From NCBI RefSeq assembly GCF_009914755.1, contig NC_060944.1: a DNA stretch of 64,000 bases. One strand, 5' to 3'. Positions 12,906-24,249 of the stretch are shown here, piece after piece. The notes beneath the pieces were generated by a model that ran no database searches, was not told the DNA's origin, and saw only the letters and a list, made by a program, of their open reading frames with translations. Numbering within the stretch: the stretch's first letter is position 1; every line of letters starts with the position of its first letter. The position numbers and the translations under genes were made by a program. The stretch is from the human T2T-CHM13v2.0 reference genome, Homo sapiens.

Positions 12906-14323
12906 CACTGCTTTTTGCACCACGTCAGGCCCACCAGTTGGCTTGTGAGCCCAAAGCTGTGTTTTGGTCACACTAGATTCACAGTTGAAAGAATATAGTC
13001 CAGCAGCTGCATTTTAAAGAATCATTTCCATCATTATGCAATATGTGGAACCCAAGAGAGGCTTCTATAAACATGAGTACATGTTCCCAGACAAAGGAGA
13101 TAATATCGATGACAAACAGCCATTATCTAGAACATCTGTTAGGCTGTTTCTCCTGGTTTTAAATAACGCACGGCATGCTCTAATTCAGGTGTACTCTGAA
13201 AACCCAGCAGCTTCTCCTGTGATTTCTGTGATCTCTGGGTATGATGAATGAGAATATCTGTTGATCATGGAGTACACCACTTAATCAAGCACTTTGGCTG
13301 CAGATCAAATTTTCTATATTTTTAACTATAATTATAGCTATAACCAACACTACTTATCTTGCTTTATAATTTACACAGTGATTCCACATTCAGTGTCTCA
13401 TAAGCATTTAATCCCCAAAATGGCTCTGCTCGGCAGTCATTAATATTGTCCTCACAATAGTGTTTTTGAGATTGCCCACATGTATCAACAAAGAGAGACA
13501 TCCAAGCGATATTGTTCTTTGAGAAGAATGGATTTTTACAATATGGTTTAATGTGGTACCATTTTAGTTTAATTGCATTCAGAAGGGAACATATATTAAG
13601 CAGTTAGTTGATATCTCTGGGGGTAAGAGTTTCAGAAAAGCTTCTTCATTCTATTTTACATATGCCTGAATTCCTTTTATTAGTTTTTAAATTTAAATTT
13701 TATAAATGCAGATGGTTTCTTTAAATATATATTTTACACAAATACAAAGTCATACAGGGATATTGTTTAAAAAATCATACAGTCCCATAAGGCCGGTAAT
13801 AAGAGAGATATTCTACCTTGTCACCTCCCTCACCCCCACCAGTATTAGAAGGTAACAACTCTGAACTCTTATAGAGCACTGTTTTAGGGATTAGGAGACT
13901 GGGGTTCATAGAGATTTAGTAACAGCTAATGAAGAGCAGAGCCAGGTTTGATATTTATTACTCCATCTTAAATTGAGTGGTTTTACTGTTATTTGTTATT
14001 GATTAGTTTTAGATATTATATATTGACTTCCTGCTGTGGAAGATGAGGATTCAGACCCCTTCCGTACCTTCCTTCCATCCCTCATCATTCCACTGTGGTC
14101 ATATCGTTAGTCAATGTGAGATATGCACATTATTATGACTCTAGGTCAATACCACTTGCAGCCAAGCCACACCATGTGCTGTGTAGACTTATATTTCTAT
14201 TCATGTACAACTTCTCCTCCAAAGTTGGTAATAGTCTCTTTTTAAAAAACTTTTGCTTGTTATTAAAAGAAAATCACTCATTCATTTTCAAGCTTTCTGC
14301 TGGGATCCTGTTTCTTCTCAAGA

Positions 14324-14805
14324 TGATGCAGGGCAGGGAAGGTCCAAAATTGAGACTTAGCATGAGAGGGTTCTTTGCTTCACCCAGGGAAGAATTCAAG
14401 GTCAGTGGTGAGAGAAAGCAACTTTTAACAAGCAGTGCCTGGCTCATAGGCAGTGTGCCCAGCATCAGCAGTGTACGCTGGCAACTGTATTTATACCACT
14501 TTGAATCACATGCTAATTAAGAGGTGGGTTATTGAGAAGTTTCTGGAAAAGAGGCGGGAAGTTTCAGGAACCATTTAAGTTAACTTCCAGGCTGTTGCCA
14601 TGGCTTGTTGCCATGGCGTTTACAAGCTGCCATGGCACTAGTGGAAGTGTCTTCATGGTAATGAGCAGTTAGGCCAACTGGAGGTTGCTTTCATTGCTGT
14701 CTGCTGGTTTTGGGTGGCTTCTTCCCTGCATCCTGTTCTGACTAGATCCTGCTTCCATCAGCGGGGTTGTGACTCAAAAATAAGTCCTGCCAGTCTCCTG
14801 CCTCA
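14324..14805 (-). mobile_element. ERV1-class solo LTR (MER66-like)
   Basis: TG...CA termini ('tgatgcagggcagg'...'gtctcctgcctca'); internal 'aagaattcaagg' and 'ttgccatggc'; flanks aaga/agga. Family name tentative. Confidence 0.75.
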
Positions 14806-15885
14806 AGGACATTCAAGTATTTTGGGAGCAGTTTCATCATCTTGATGACACCCCTCCTAGATGTCCCCGTCCTCTTGTCCCAAGATTGCAGGCCTCTCTC
14901 CTGACCTGCTCGGCCACCCTAGAAGCTCCCTGAACTGCCATCTGGTTCTTTCTGCTTTTCTTTTGGGATGGATCTCACCTCAAAAGAATGTGCTCTGGAT
15001 CTCACATCTTTCTTTCTTGATTTACTGCCTCCACCCCTGCAATTTCCTTGCCTCTTTTCAATTTCCGCTCCTTTAAATCATTTTAGAAGGGTTTGAGGAA
15101 GAAATAGTGATCAATACTTGCATTCGGTCTCCAGGTTTAACCTGAAGTTCCCCATATTTTATGACCAGAAAAAAAAATAAAGATTTTTTTCCATTTGGGT
15201 AGAAAAACCTATATTTTCAAATTCCACTACTTGAATTATTCTGTGCCTTTTCTTCATTGTGTGGGTGTACCATTCACCAGCAACTTGTAAAATCCATGTA
15301 GGGAAGCACCTCTCAAGTTGCTTTCTGCAAAAGTGTACCCAAAAGAGACACAAAAGTTTGGCCTCAAAAGTTTGAAAATGTCTTTATTTTATCCTTGTGC
15401 TTGTCGACATCTTGCTGAATACAGAATTTCAGGTTGGAAACACTTTTTTCTAGCTTTGGTGGTGTTGTTGAGAAGTCCAACAACAAAGGATTCGTAATCC
15501 TTTGTATACACAATTTTATTTTCTTTATGGAAATGTTTAGAGCCTTCTCTTTGTTTCCAATACTCTAAAATTCCCAAATAATAAGCCTTGGTATAAATCT
15601 ATTTTCACCTATTTTGAAGAATATTTGATATGGGATTGCAACCTGGAGACTCATGTCTTTCAGTTCTGGTAAACCTTATTGAGTTAATTTATTTACTTTA
15701 AAAAAGAATATTCTCCTCTCTGTGTTTACATTCTTGAACTTTCATTGCTGGTTATGGACCCTCCTGGACTGATCTTCTAATTTTAAAGGTATTTTAAAAT
15801 TTAAATTCTAACTCTTTTATTTTTTTTTAGAAGAGCTATACTTCCCAAACTTCTTCTGAGTTTTTTTCTACTATCATATTTTTAA

Positions 15886-16057
15886 TTATTTTTTTTAAGA
15901 GACAGAGGCTTGCTATGCTACCCAGGCTGGAGTGCAGTGGCTATTCACAGGTGGGATCACATAGGGCACTGCAGCCTTGAAATCCTGGACTCAAGTGGTC
16001 CTCCTGGCTCAGTCTCCTCAGTAGCTGGGACTACAGGCAAGTACCACCATGCCCAGC
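15886..16057 (-). mobile_element. FAM (fossil Alu monomer)
   Basis: Monomer containing the 7SL-like 'gtggctattcacagg' segment; TSD atatttttaa at 15876-15885 and 16058-16067. Confidence 0.85.
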
Positions 16058-17293
16058 ATATTTTTAAATTCTTAAGAGCTCATTTTTTGTTCTCTGATCG
16101 TTCCCTTTCTACATAATGTTGTTTTAGATTCATTGATATAATAGCTTCATTTGATTTCTCTGAAAATATTAAAGATACTTTTTTGGTATAATTTTTGTCT
16201 TTCTACATGGGCTCTGTTTCCTCTAATTTACTTTGATCTGTTTTTTTCTTAGGGGGGATCTACTTCATGCTAGAGCTTTTCTTACATGTCTGGGGATCCT
16301 TAGCTGTCTGCTGAAATTTAAAAGTGGAGCATTGAAAAGTAGATTGGAAATGTTGAGCATATAGTTAAGGCTTATCACTTATGGGTTCCACTGTGTGGTA
16401 ATCTTTTCGGGTCATCATAGGAGAACTCTTGATGTCAGGATCTAGGTCCTTTCTCTTGTGTTGGTCAAATTTCCCAGAGAATAAGCTTCTCATTTCCTTT
16501 TGGGCAGTATATTTATTGGCCAGTGAGTCTGGGGGTAAATAGGTTTGAGGGTTCCAATATTCAGTATGGAAATTCCATAAAATGAACTATTTGTAGTATG
16601 GACACCTGTCCTCCCATGTGCCTGGTATCCCCCAGGCCAGAAACGTTCTACTTTATTTCCAAGAGAGTCAAGCTCAGTCTTCTAACACAGTGAGGGACAT
16701 GCAGCTCTCTGGAAGTGTATCTTCCTCCATAGGTTTGCATCCAATTCCCCTATGTTCAATTCAGGCCCAGCTGGGCTCCCATTCTGTAGAGTAGGTACCT
16801 CCAGAATTGTAGACTTCATGGGTTCTGAGGTTTTGCTTCTGGGCACTCCCATGACCAGGTTAGAATTATCTTTCTCAGGTGTGCATAAGTCAGGAAGTCT
16901 ATTATTTGTTGCAACTCCTTCATCAGCTCTCTACCACCTCCCCAAATTTTGTTGCTGCAATCGACTTTCCCATTCTCCTTGTCTCTTTTTAATCCCTCCT
17001 GCCCCACCCCACCTCACTTTAAATCATTTTAGAAGGGTTTGAGGAAGGAGCACTGATAAGTGCTTTTGTTCAACCTTCCAGGATTAACTGGAAGTTCCCT
17101 ATGTTTTATGACCAGAAAAAAGAAAAAAATATATATTTTGCATTTGGGTAGAGCAAACTATTGTCAAAATTCTACTACTTTAATCATTGTGTGACTTGTC
17201 TTTATTGTATAGGTGCACCATTCACTAAGTATTGCTGAAATCCAAGTGGGGAGTGAGTTTTAGTTTGCTGTAATAAGAAACAAAACCACTCAG

Positions 17294-17336
17294 TTTTTCT
17301 CTTTCTTTCTTTCTTTTTCTTTCCTTTCTTTCTTTT

Positions 17337-17395
<59 letters not shown>

Positions 17396-17433
17396 CTCTT
17401 TCTCTCTTTCTCTCTTTCTTTCTTTTTCTTTTC

Positions 17434-17469
<36 letters not shown>

Positions 17470-17501
17470 TCCTTCTTTCTTTCTTTTTTTTTTTTTTTTT
17501 T
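17294..17501. repeat. (TTTC)n compound microsatellite derived from an Alu-monomer tail
   Basis: Long TTTC/TC run followed by poly-T. Confidence 0.95.
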
Positions 17502-18120
17502 AAAGAAACAGGGTTTTTCTTTGTTGCCCAGGCTTGTCTTTCACTCCTGGGCTCAGGTGATCCTCCTGCTGTTACCAAAACACTAGTTTATTCTAGGTGC
17601 TGGTGCTTGCTGCACAGAAAGCCAATTACTGAGACAACAAGTATTGCCAAGGAAGAAGGCTTTAATTGGGTGCTGCAGCCAAGGAAATCTTAGTCTCAAA
17701 TCTGTCTCGCTGACCAACTACAATTGGGGCATTTATATCATAGGGTAGGAATGTAACTAAGTGTAGGAAACAGGAATTATGGAGGGGTAAGGAAGAGGAG
17801 TTGGTCTACAGGAAGCAGGTGGTCAGTTAGGCAATCATGATGAGTGAGGGGTCTGGTGTCTCATTGTCTAGATGCAGTGATCTGGTGAGTTTCAGTTCCT
17901 TGATACCATCTGGGAGGTCTGACAGTTGGTATTCTGAGGAAGGAACTCAGATAAGACAAATGCATTTCAAGCTTTAAGACCAAGACAGTATATTTCTATG
18001 TTTATCCAAAAAAAAAAAAAAAAACCCAGTGAACATCAATTCTATGGGACAATTGGGCTAGTTTCCCCACCTCAGCCTCCTGAGTAGCTGGGACTACAGG
18101 TGTGAGCCACCATGCCTAGC
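17485..18120 (-). mobile_element. FLAM-type Alu monomer split by an LTR
   Basis: 'gaaacaggg...gggctcaggtgatcctcctgc' resumes after the LTR as 'ccacctcagcctcctgagtagctgggactacagg...gcctagc'. Confidence 0.85.
17570..18066 (-). mobile_element. ERV1-class solo LTR (LTR26-like)
   Basis: 'tgttaccaaaacac...gaaagccaattactgagac...ctatgggacaattgggctagtttc' is the reverse complement of the same family found at 46987-47486. Confidence 0.8.
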
Positions 18121-18799
18121 TTAGCTCAGTATTTTTCAAATGATTTCCTTAATTCATTAGTAGGCTGTGAAATCAGTTCATTGGATTATGGGCATTTTTG
18201 ATTTTTTAACTAATGAAATTGAACAGACTAGAACAAAATGGAGTAAAATAGAAAATATGAGGGTTGTTGTATATGGTAAGTGTAGGAATTATTTTATAAA
18301 ATTGTTTTATATTGATATTAAAAGCATATGTATATTACATTGTGATATAATTCTCATTTCTTATTCAGAGTATGTCCAACAACATTTGAAGGTCATGCTT
18401 TTGCTAAAAGTTATTGAACTTAGCTAGAGAATTTTTGATGTTTGCCTTTCCAACCAGTTGAATCAAATTCAATTTAGTGGTTGTAGGACATGCCCTAATC
18501 TGAGGGCTTTTGGAAAATTTTCTCAGTGGGTTGATGAAGAAGGTAAATGGTTCTTGGTCACTAGGCATTTTTGTTTGTCCACATAAACCTTTCACTTTTC
18601 TATCCTAGCTCAATCCCAAACTTTAATGTGAGTGATAACAAACAGCTCATCTCTTCGGACCACTATTATTTTGTGTCTCTGACTAGAAGTCCAATGTCAA
18701 CCTAACTGATACAGATGGGTACTAGCTGAAATTATCAGAATGGTGGTCACTCTAAGAGTTCTACTGAATGTTAAGTAATACTAAGTACATGAGATTTAA

Positions 18800-19229
18800 T
18801 ATTTCCAAATATTTAAGATCACCTATTAGGCTATGCATCACTCTTCACTTTTGTTATCTCATCTAATCATGAAACAGACTTAGAGAGTTATTAACAAGGA
18901 GCTATTCTTAGCTCCCATTTTATATAAAAGGCAACTGAGAACCAAAGACATGTGGAGAATTGACTCAAAATCACAAAGCTAAGTGACAGAGTTGGCTCTA
19001 ATTCCATCGCTCCAAGTCAGAAGTTGTAGCTGTTTTGTGGAAGATGGCATAAAATAGCATTTAAGGAGGAAGGATTGGGGGCCACAGAGAACTTAGGTTA
19101 AGTCTGTCACATGATAGTGCTTTGATCAGAGGCAAGTAACAAAAGTTCTTTGTCTCTTCATTGGTAAAGGGAAGGCTAACACTATCTGCCTTACAGGGAT
19201 GCCATGAGAATTAAATGGAATAATGCCTC
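18800..19229. mobile_element. Two MIR fragments (opposite orientations)
   Basis: 'cccattttatataaaaggcaactgag' (minus) and 'aggcaagtaac...gccttacagggatgccatgagaattaaatggaataatgc' (plus). Confidence 0.6.
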
Positions 19230-20086
19230 TGAGGAAGATTGTGTTTTCTAAAAATGGCCACAACAATATTTTCAATCCCCATGGTTGCCTTACAATGTGA
19301 TTTTGATACTCTTCTCATCAAGAGATGAGCTCTGTGTTCCACTATCTTAAATCTGAACTCACGTGTATGGTGGAAATGGCACTATGTGACATCTACGGCT
19401 AGGTCATAAAAGGTGATGCAGTTCTTACCTGGTCCTCTTGTCCTGTTTGTTTTTGAAACCAGCCACCATATTGTGAGGAAGCCCAAGCAGCTCATGGAGA
19501 GGCCCACATAGAAAGAAACTGAGAGGCCAGGCACGGTGGCTTATGCCTGTAATCCCAGCACTTTGGGAGGCTGAGGCGGGCCGATCATACGGTCAGGAGT
19601 TCGAGACCAGCCTGGCCAACATGGCAAAACCCTGTCTCTACTAAAAATACAAAAATGTGGTGAGCACCTGTAATCCTAGCTACTCAGGAGGCTGAGGCAG
19701 GAGAATCATTTGAACTCAGGAGGCGGAGGTTGCAGTGAGCTGAGATTGTGCCATTGCACTCCAGCCTGGTTGACAAGAGCAAGACTCTGTCTCAAAAAAA
19801 AAAAAAAAAAAAAAAAGAAAGAAAGAAAGAAACTGAGAATCCTGGCCTCCCACCCTGCTTGAGCGCTCAAGCAGCACCAACTTACCAGCCACATATCTGA
19901 AGAATCCTGGAAATGAACTCCTAGACTCCATTTGAGCTTCCCCAGTTGACACCAGATGAAGCAAAGATGATGTTCCCCACTGGTCCAGGCTGACATGCCA
20001 GATTCATAAACTAAATAAATGATGTTTTTAAAAAGCCACCAAATTTTTGAGTGGTTTATCTATGCAACAGTAGATATATGGGAACA
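19230..20086 (+). mobile_element. MLT1 MaLR LTR interrupted by an Alu
   Basis: 'aaaatggccacaac...ccagccaccatattgtgaggaagcccaagcag...ggagaggcccaca'; 3' end 'aagccaccaaattt...tatgcaacagtagat'. Confidence 0.8.
19525..19823 (+). mobile_element. AluS
   Basis: Dimeric Alu with a small deletion after the linker; 15-bp TSD agaaagaaactgaga at 19510-19524 and 19824-19838. Confidence 0.95.
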
Positions 20087-20939
20087 GATGTGCAGCACAG
20101 CATCTGCTGTTTAGTAGTACTTGATGAAAGCTCACAGTGATTATTATTACTAATATTATTCTTATTGTTTAAACTGCATTATTTCCTCCTGACCACTGAT
20201 GAAGATATTTGGAAACTGGACCAAAAAAGTCAGGAGACAGAAATCTTTTTGGAGATTTCTCTACAGAGCCTTAATGAAAAATGTAGGATTCTGACTCATG
20301 ACTACAGTTTAGTGCCCATGGAATTATAAAAACAGAAAGAGTTCCATGTCCCTGTCTTATCAATTCCTCATCTTTAGATTGGCAAACATCCAAACTACTC
20401 AAACGTGGTATTTTCTCCTGCTATCAGAGCTTTTAGAGGGGAGGGGCTGCAACTTATTCTTCTAGGGGCAGGGAAGCCCGTAAAAATCTCCCATGACTCC
20501 ATGGGGAAGCTGAAGGAAGTTTGAACTGAATTGTTGGTCCAGTGAAGTACCCTGGACCAATGCAGGGGAACCATGAACACCACCGAGATGATGATGAAGG
20601 TGGCATGGACTGCATCATGGGGATTCTGAGGACAGAGATAATCAGACTTCAGGGTTCTATTCACCGTTTCTCCTGTGAATGACGCAACCTCTGGCTGGGG
20701 TTCCTTTCACAATAAACATCAATAAGCTCGTAGACAGCTATTTTGTCTTTCTTTTTCTGGGCTGGTTATGCAAACTCAACTTTCTTCATTGCTCTTTGCC
20801 AAATCTCCTCTACTGTTTTTTCCACACACACTTGAAAGTGAGAAGACTAAATCTAGACACAATTAGAGTTCAACCAAGCCTGCTTAAAACAAAAGGGCTG
20901 ATCCCTGACCCCCACATTTCATACATGTGCAAGTGCTCC

Positions 20940-21310
20940 TAAGGGCACCATTCTCACATGCTACCTTTATAACTTTTATTGAGCTTAGGGTTCACTATAA
21001 CTCCCAGATTTTCTCTATCTCCTGATATCTGTGCTCTTTTTTCTTCCTCCCAATTGTTACTGCTTGGCATAATGTAGCCAATCCCAATTAATACACTTGG
21101 CTGACAGGGCCCTCCATGATTCTTACCGCTTTTCTGGCTTAATCTTACCATTCTCCCGCTTGTTCATTATATTCTTGATATATTGGCCTTCATTCAGTTT
21201 TTTAGTCCAGCTAGCTCTTTTTCTTTTTATTGTTCAATGTGCCTGGCATTCAGTAATCTGTAGCAAATGCAGTCAGTGCCCCATTCATATCCCCTCAGCA
21301 TTCACTATCA
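20940..21310 (-). mobile_element. CR1/L3 LINE fragment
   Basis: The minus-strand ORF peptide 'ENLGVIVNPKLNKS' resembles the CR1 ORF2 'DLGVxVDxKLNMS' motif. Confidence 0.5.
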
Positions 21311-21379
21311 AGGGCTTCCTCCTAAGCATATATGACGTCTCCACCTGAGGCTTCCTGGGGCTTGGGAAGAAAGCTCTAC

Positions 21380-21680
21380 TGTGGGTAGGGAGGGCTGGAG
21401 GTGGGGATTGGGTGGAGTGGGGTGGGGGGAGAAGGAAAGCGTTGATCCACTGGAAGCAGCTCTCAACCATGGTGGATGGGAATTTGTGAATCAACAATCC
21501 ACCTTCATGTTCTACACCGTCTCCCCAAATTCCCAAGCTGGAAGGTCTGCGCCTCCATTGCTCATAGCACTAACTTGCTCATTGGCGCTCTTCCCTGCCT
21601 TATTTCCTCACTCCCCTACCCATGTTTATTGAAGTCATCTCTCAAATAACTACATACACTCCAATCCTTTTCTCAGATCG
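21380..21680 (+). mobile_element. ERVL LTR16-like fragment
   Basis: 'ggaagcagctctcaacca...acttgctcattggc...ctcaaataactacatacactccaatcctt'. Confidence 0.5.
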
Positions 21681-22354
21681 AAGACATAGGGGTTTATTGT
21701 ATGTTTGTGGTTATTATTAACAGCAGAATGGCTATGGTAAAACAAAATGTCTCAACCAGGCACCTCACAAGGTGCAACCAGCTTCAGTTCATAGAGGGTG
21801 TTTTGCAGTTGAAATACCTGGTTATACTCCAATAGGATTCACATTCATTCATTCAGCCATTCAGCAAATATTGATTGAGTGCTTACTCTTAGCCAGAGGT
21901 AGGGATTTCAGCATCAGAAGTGGCTGCAAGTGGTTGCAAATCTGAGTTAGAATTACTGTTGGGAAAACAGAAAGGTAGCCCTAATTCCAGGGAAATAGAA
22001 AGGCAGCCCCAATCCCTTCCCACTCCACTCTCTGACTCCATTTCCCTTTCCCTCCCCTCAGCATTCTGGCTGCTCCTTAAACAGAACTCAGTCAGCTCCC
22101 CTCTGAAGTATTCCACCTTCTTCATGAGATCTTTAGACCTCAACCCCCTTTCTTTAACAGCTGCTCCTCCAACCCCTTAGCCTGAACTGGTTCCTCAGGG
22201 TGAATCAGCCTATCTCCTCTATCCCCTCTTCTAAGCATTTAGTTTCACCTCCCTCTGCTTTGGCATCACCTATTACCTAGATATGTCCTAGACTATGGCA
22301 CGGCACATGCCTACTTGGAACTGTGTCTCCCTTTCTAATTTGTAATAGACATAC

Positions 22355-22647
22355 ATGGCGGCTGTTGTTGCCATAACCATATCCCACTGCCCTTACCACT
22401 TCAGGGGCACACTGGCCCGATTTCCAGCTGGCTGCACCTGCATTTATTGATCTGAGCTTGACTTCCCACCTGTGCAGCGATCACCCACAGGGATGGCAGG
22501 CTTGATAATGGGCCCTTTCAAGGCTGCTTCCTTTCCCTATCCCACCTCCCTATTCCTCTACCGATGTTTTATTCACCTTCCAAATAAACCACCTGTGGCT
22601 GAATCCTTAATTTAGGATCTGCTTCTGGGTTAGCCCAAACAAAGATT
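22355..22647 (+). mobile_element. ERVL LTR16-like LTR
   Basis: 'cccttaccacttcaggggcacactggcccgatttccagctg...caaataaaccac...gatctgcttctggg...cccaaac'. Confidence 0.6.
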
Positions 22648-22730
22648 TAGTTTTAAATTTATAGTTAATTTTAAGCAAAATATATGGATTTCTATTTTTT
22701 GTTCCGTCAAGTACAGACACTATATCTTAA

Positions 22731-23503
22731 TTCTTTTTTATTTTATTTTACTTTAAGTCCTGGGATACATGTGCAGAACATGCAGGTTTGTTACATAGGT
22801 ATACATGTGGCATGGTGGTTTGCTGCACCTATAAACCCATCATCTGGGTTTTAAGCCCTACATGGATTAGGTATTTGTCCTAATGCTCTCCCTTCCCTTG
22901 CCCCTCACTCCCCGACAGGCCCCAGTGTGTGTTGTTCCCCTCCCTGTGTCCATGTGTTCTCATTGTTCAACTCCCACTTATGAGTGAGAACATGCGGTAT
23001 TTGGTTTTTTGTTCTAGTGTTAGTTTGCTGAGGATGACGGCTTCCAGCTTCATCCATGTCACTGCAAAGGACATGATCTCATTCTTTTTATGGCTGCATA
23101 GTATTCCATGGTGTATATGTACCACATTTTCTTTATCCAGTCTATCACTGATTGTCATTTGGGTTGTTCCATGTCTTTGCTATTGTAAATAGCGCTGCAA
23201 TAAACATACGTGTGCATGTGTCTTTAGTAGAATGGTTTATATTTCTTTGGGTATATACCCAGTAATGCGATTGCTGGGTCAGATGGTATTTCTGGTTCTA
23301 GATCCTTGAGGAATCGCCACAATGTCTTCCACAATGGTTGAACTATTCAGAACTTGTTATCGGTCTATTCAGGGATTTGACTTCTACCTGGTTTAGTCTT
23401 GGGAGGGTGTATGTTTCCAGGAATTTATCCATTTCTTTTAGATGTTCTAGTTTATTTGCGTAGAGGTGTTTATAGTATTCTCTGATGGTAGTTTGTATTT
23501 CTG
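22731..23503 (-). mobile_element. L1PA, 5'-truncated with an internal deletion
   Basis: Primate L1 3'UTR and ORF2 end to ~23345, joined directly to a more upstream ORF2 segment ('ttcagaacttgttat...gtagtttgtatttctg'). Confidence 0.9.
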
Positions 23504-23934
23504 ATTCTTTTCAGTCTAAGATCAGATATTTCCCCTCCTTTCTCTTCCACCTTTTCTCTACTTTTCTATATGTATTTTTAGTTCTGTCTTCATTTTTACA
23601 GTGTTTACGTTGCTAACATTTACTTTCTGTAATAACATTTGAATAATCTTGAGATGTTTTTTCCCTATAAGTTGTTTCTAAAAGTTGAAAACCAATAAAC
23701 TAAGTATACATTATTATGCCTTTATATCTATCTAGAATTGCAGGGCCAAGTGGTTTTGCCTTTCCTTCTTCATGAGTTCCATGCCAAGAATCCTACATCA
23801 CTCAAAGGAGGATGTTTCTAGCACCAAGGGCAAATAGAGTCCCCCTTTTACCCACCATTGATTTCTCACAATCATGTCACAGTGTAGTCTGTTTTGCAGT
23901 GCGAGCTTGATTCTCTTGTGCAGTTTTATTTCCC

Positions 23935-24241
23935 TAGTACTCCTCCTCTTATCCCAGGTTTTGCTTTCTGCAGTTTCAGTTACCTGCAGTCAACTGTTTT
24001 TAGATTTTGAGAAAGAAAGAGAACACACTTACCTAATTTTTATTACAATATATAGTTATACTTTTTCTATTTTATTATTAGTTTTTGTTGTTAATCTCTT
24101 ACTGTCCCTAATTTATAAGTTAAGCTTTATTGTAGGTCTGTATAGAAGAAACAGTATACATAAGGTTTAGTACCATCTGTGGATTCAGGTATCCACTGGG
24201 GTTCTTGGAACATATTCATTGAGAATTAGGGAAAACTACTA
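23935..24241. mobile_element. MER44 (Tigger7-derived MITE)
   Basis: 'ttttgctttctgcagtttcagttacctgcagtcaac...ttgttaatctcttactgt...tcaggtatccactgggg'. Confidence 0.75.
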
Positions 24242-24249
24242 TATATTTT

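Larger units (their letters stand above)
13680..17100 (-). mobile_element. Old L1M remnant (5' end near 17.1 kb) with nested insertions
   Basis: T-rich reverse L1 5'UTR/ORF1-type sequence ending 'tcattttagaagggtttgaggaaggagc...taactggaagtt'. Interrupted by an LTR, a FAM and duplicated segments. Confidence 0.55.

Noticed and set aside
17225-17578. K/E/R-rich ORF
   Set aside because: Translation of the (GAAA)n microsatellite and the Alu monomer.
20395-20664. ORF with a hydrophobic stretch (TFIIISVVFMVPL) after an acceptor-like site
   Set aside because: No recognisable family, no matching donor or neighbouring exons.
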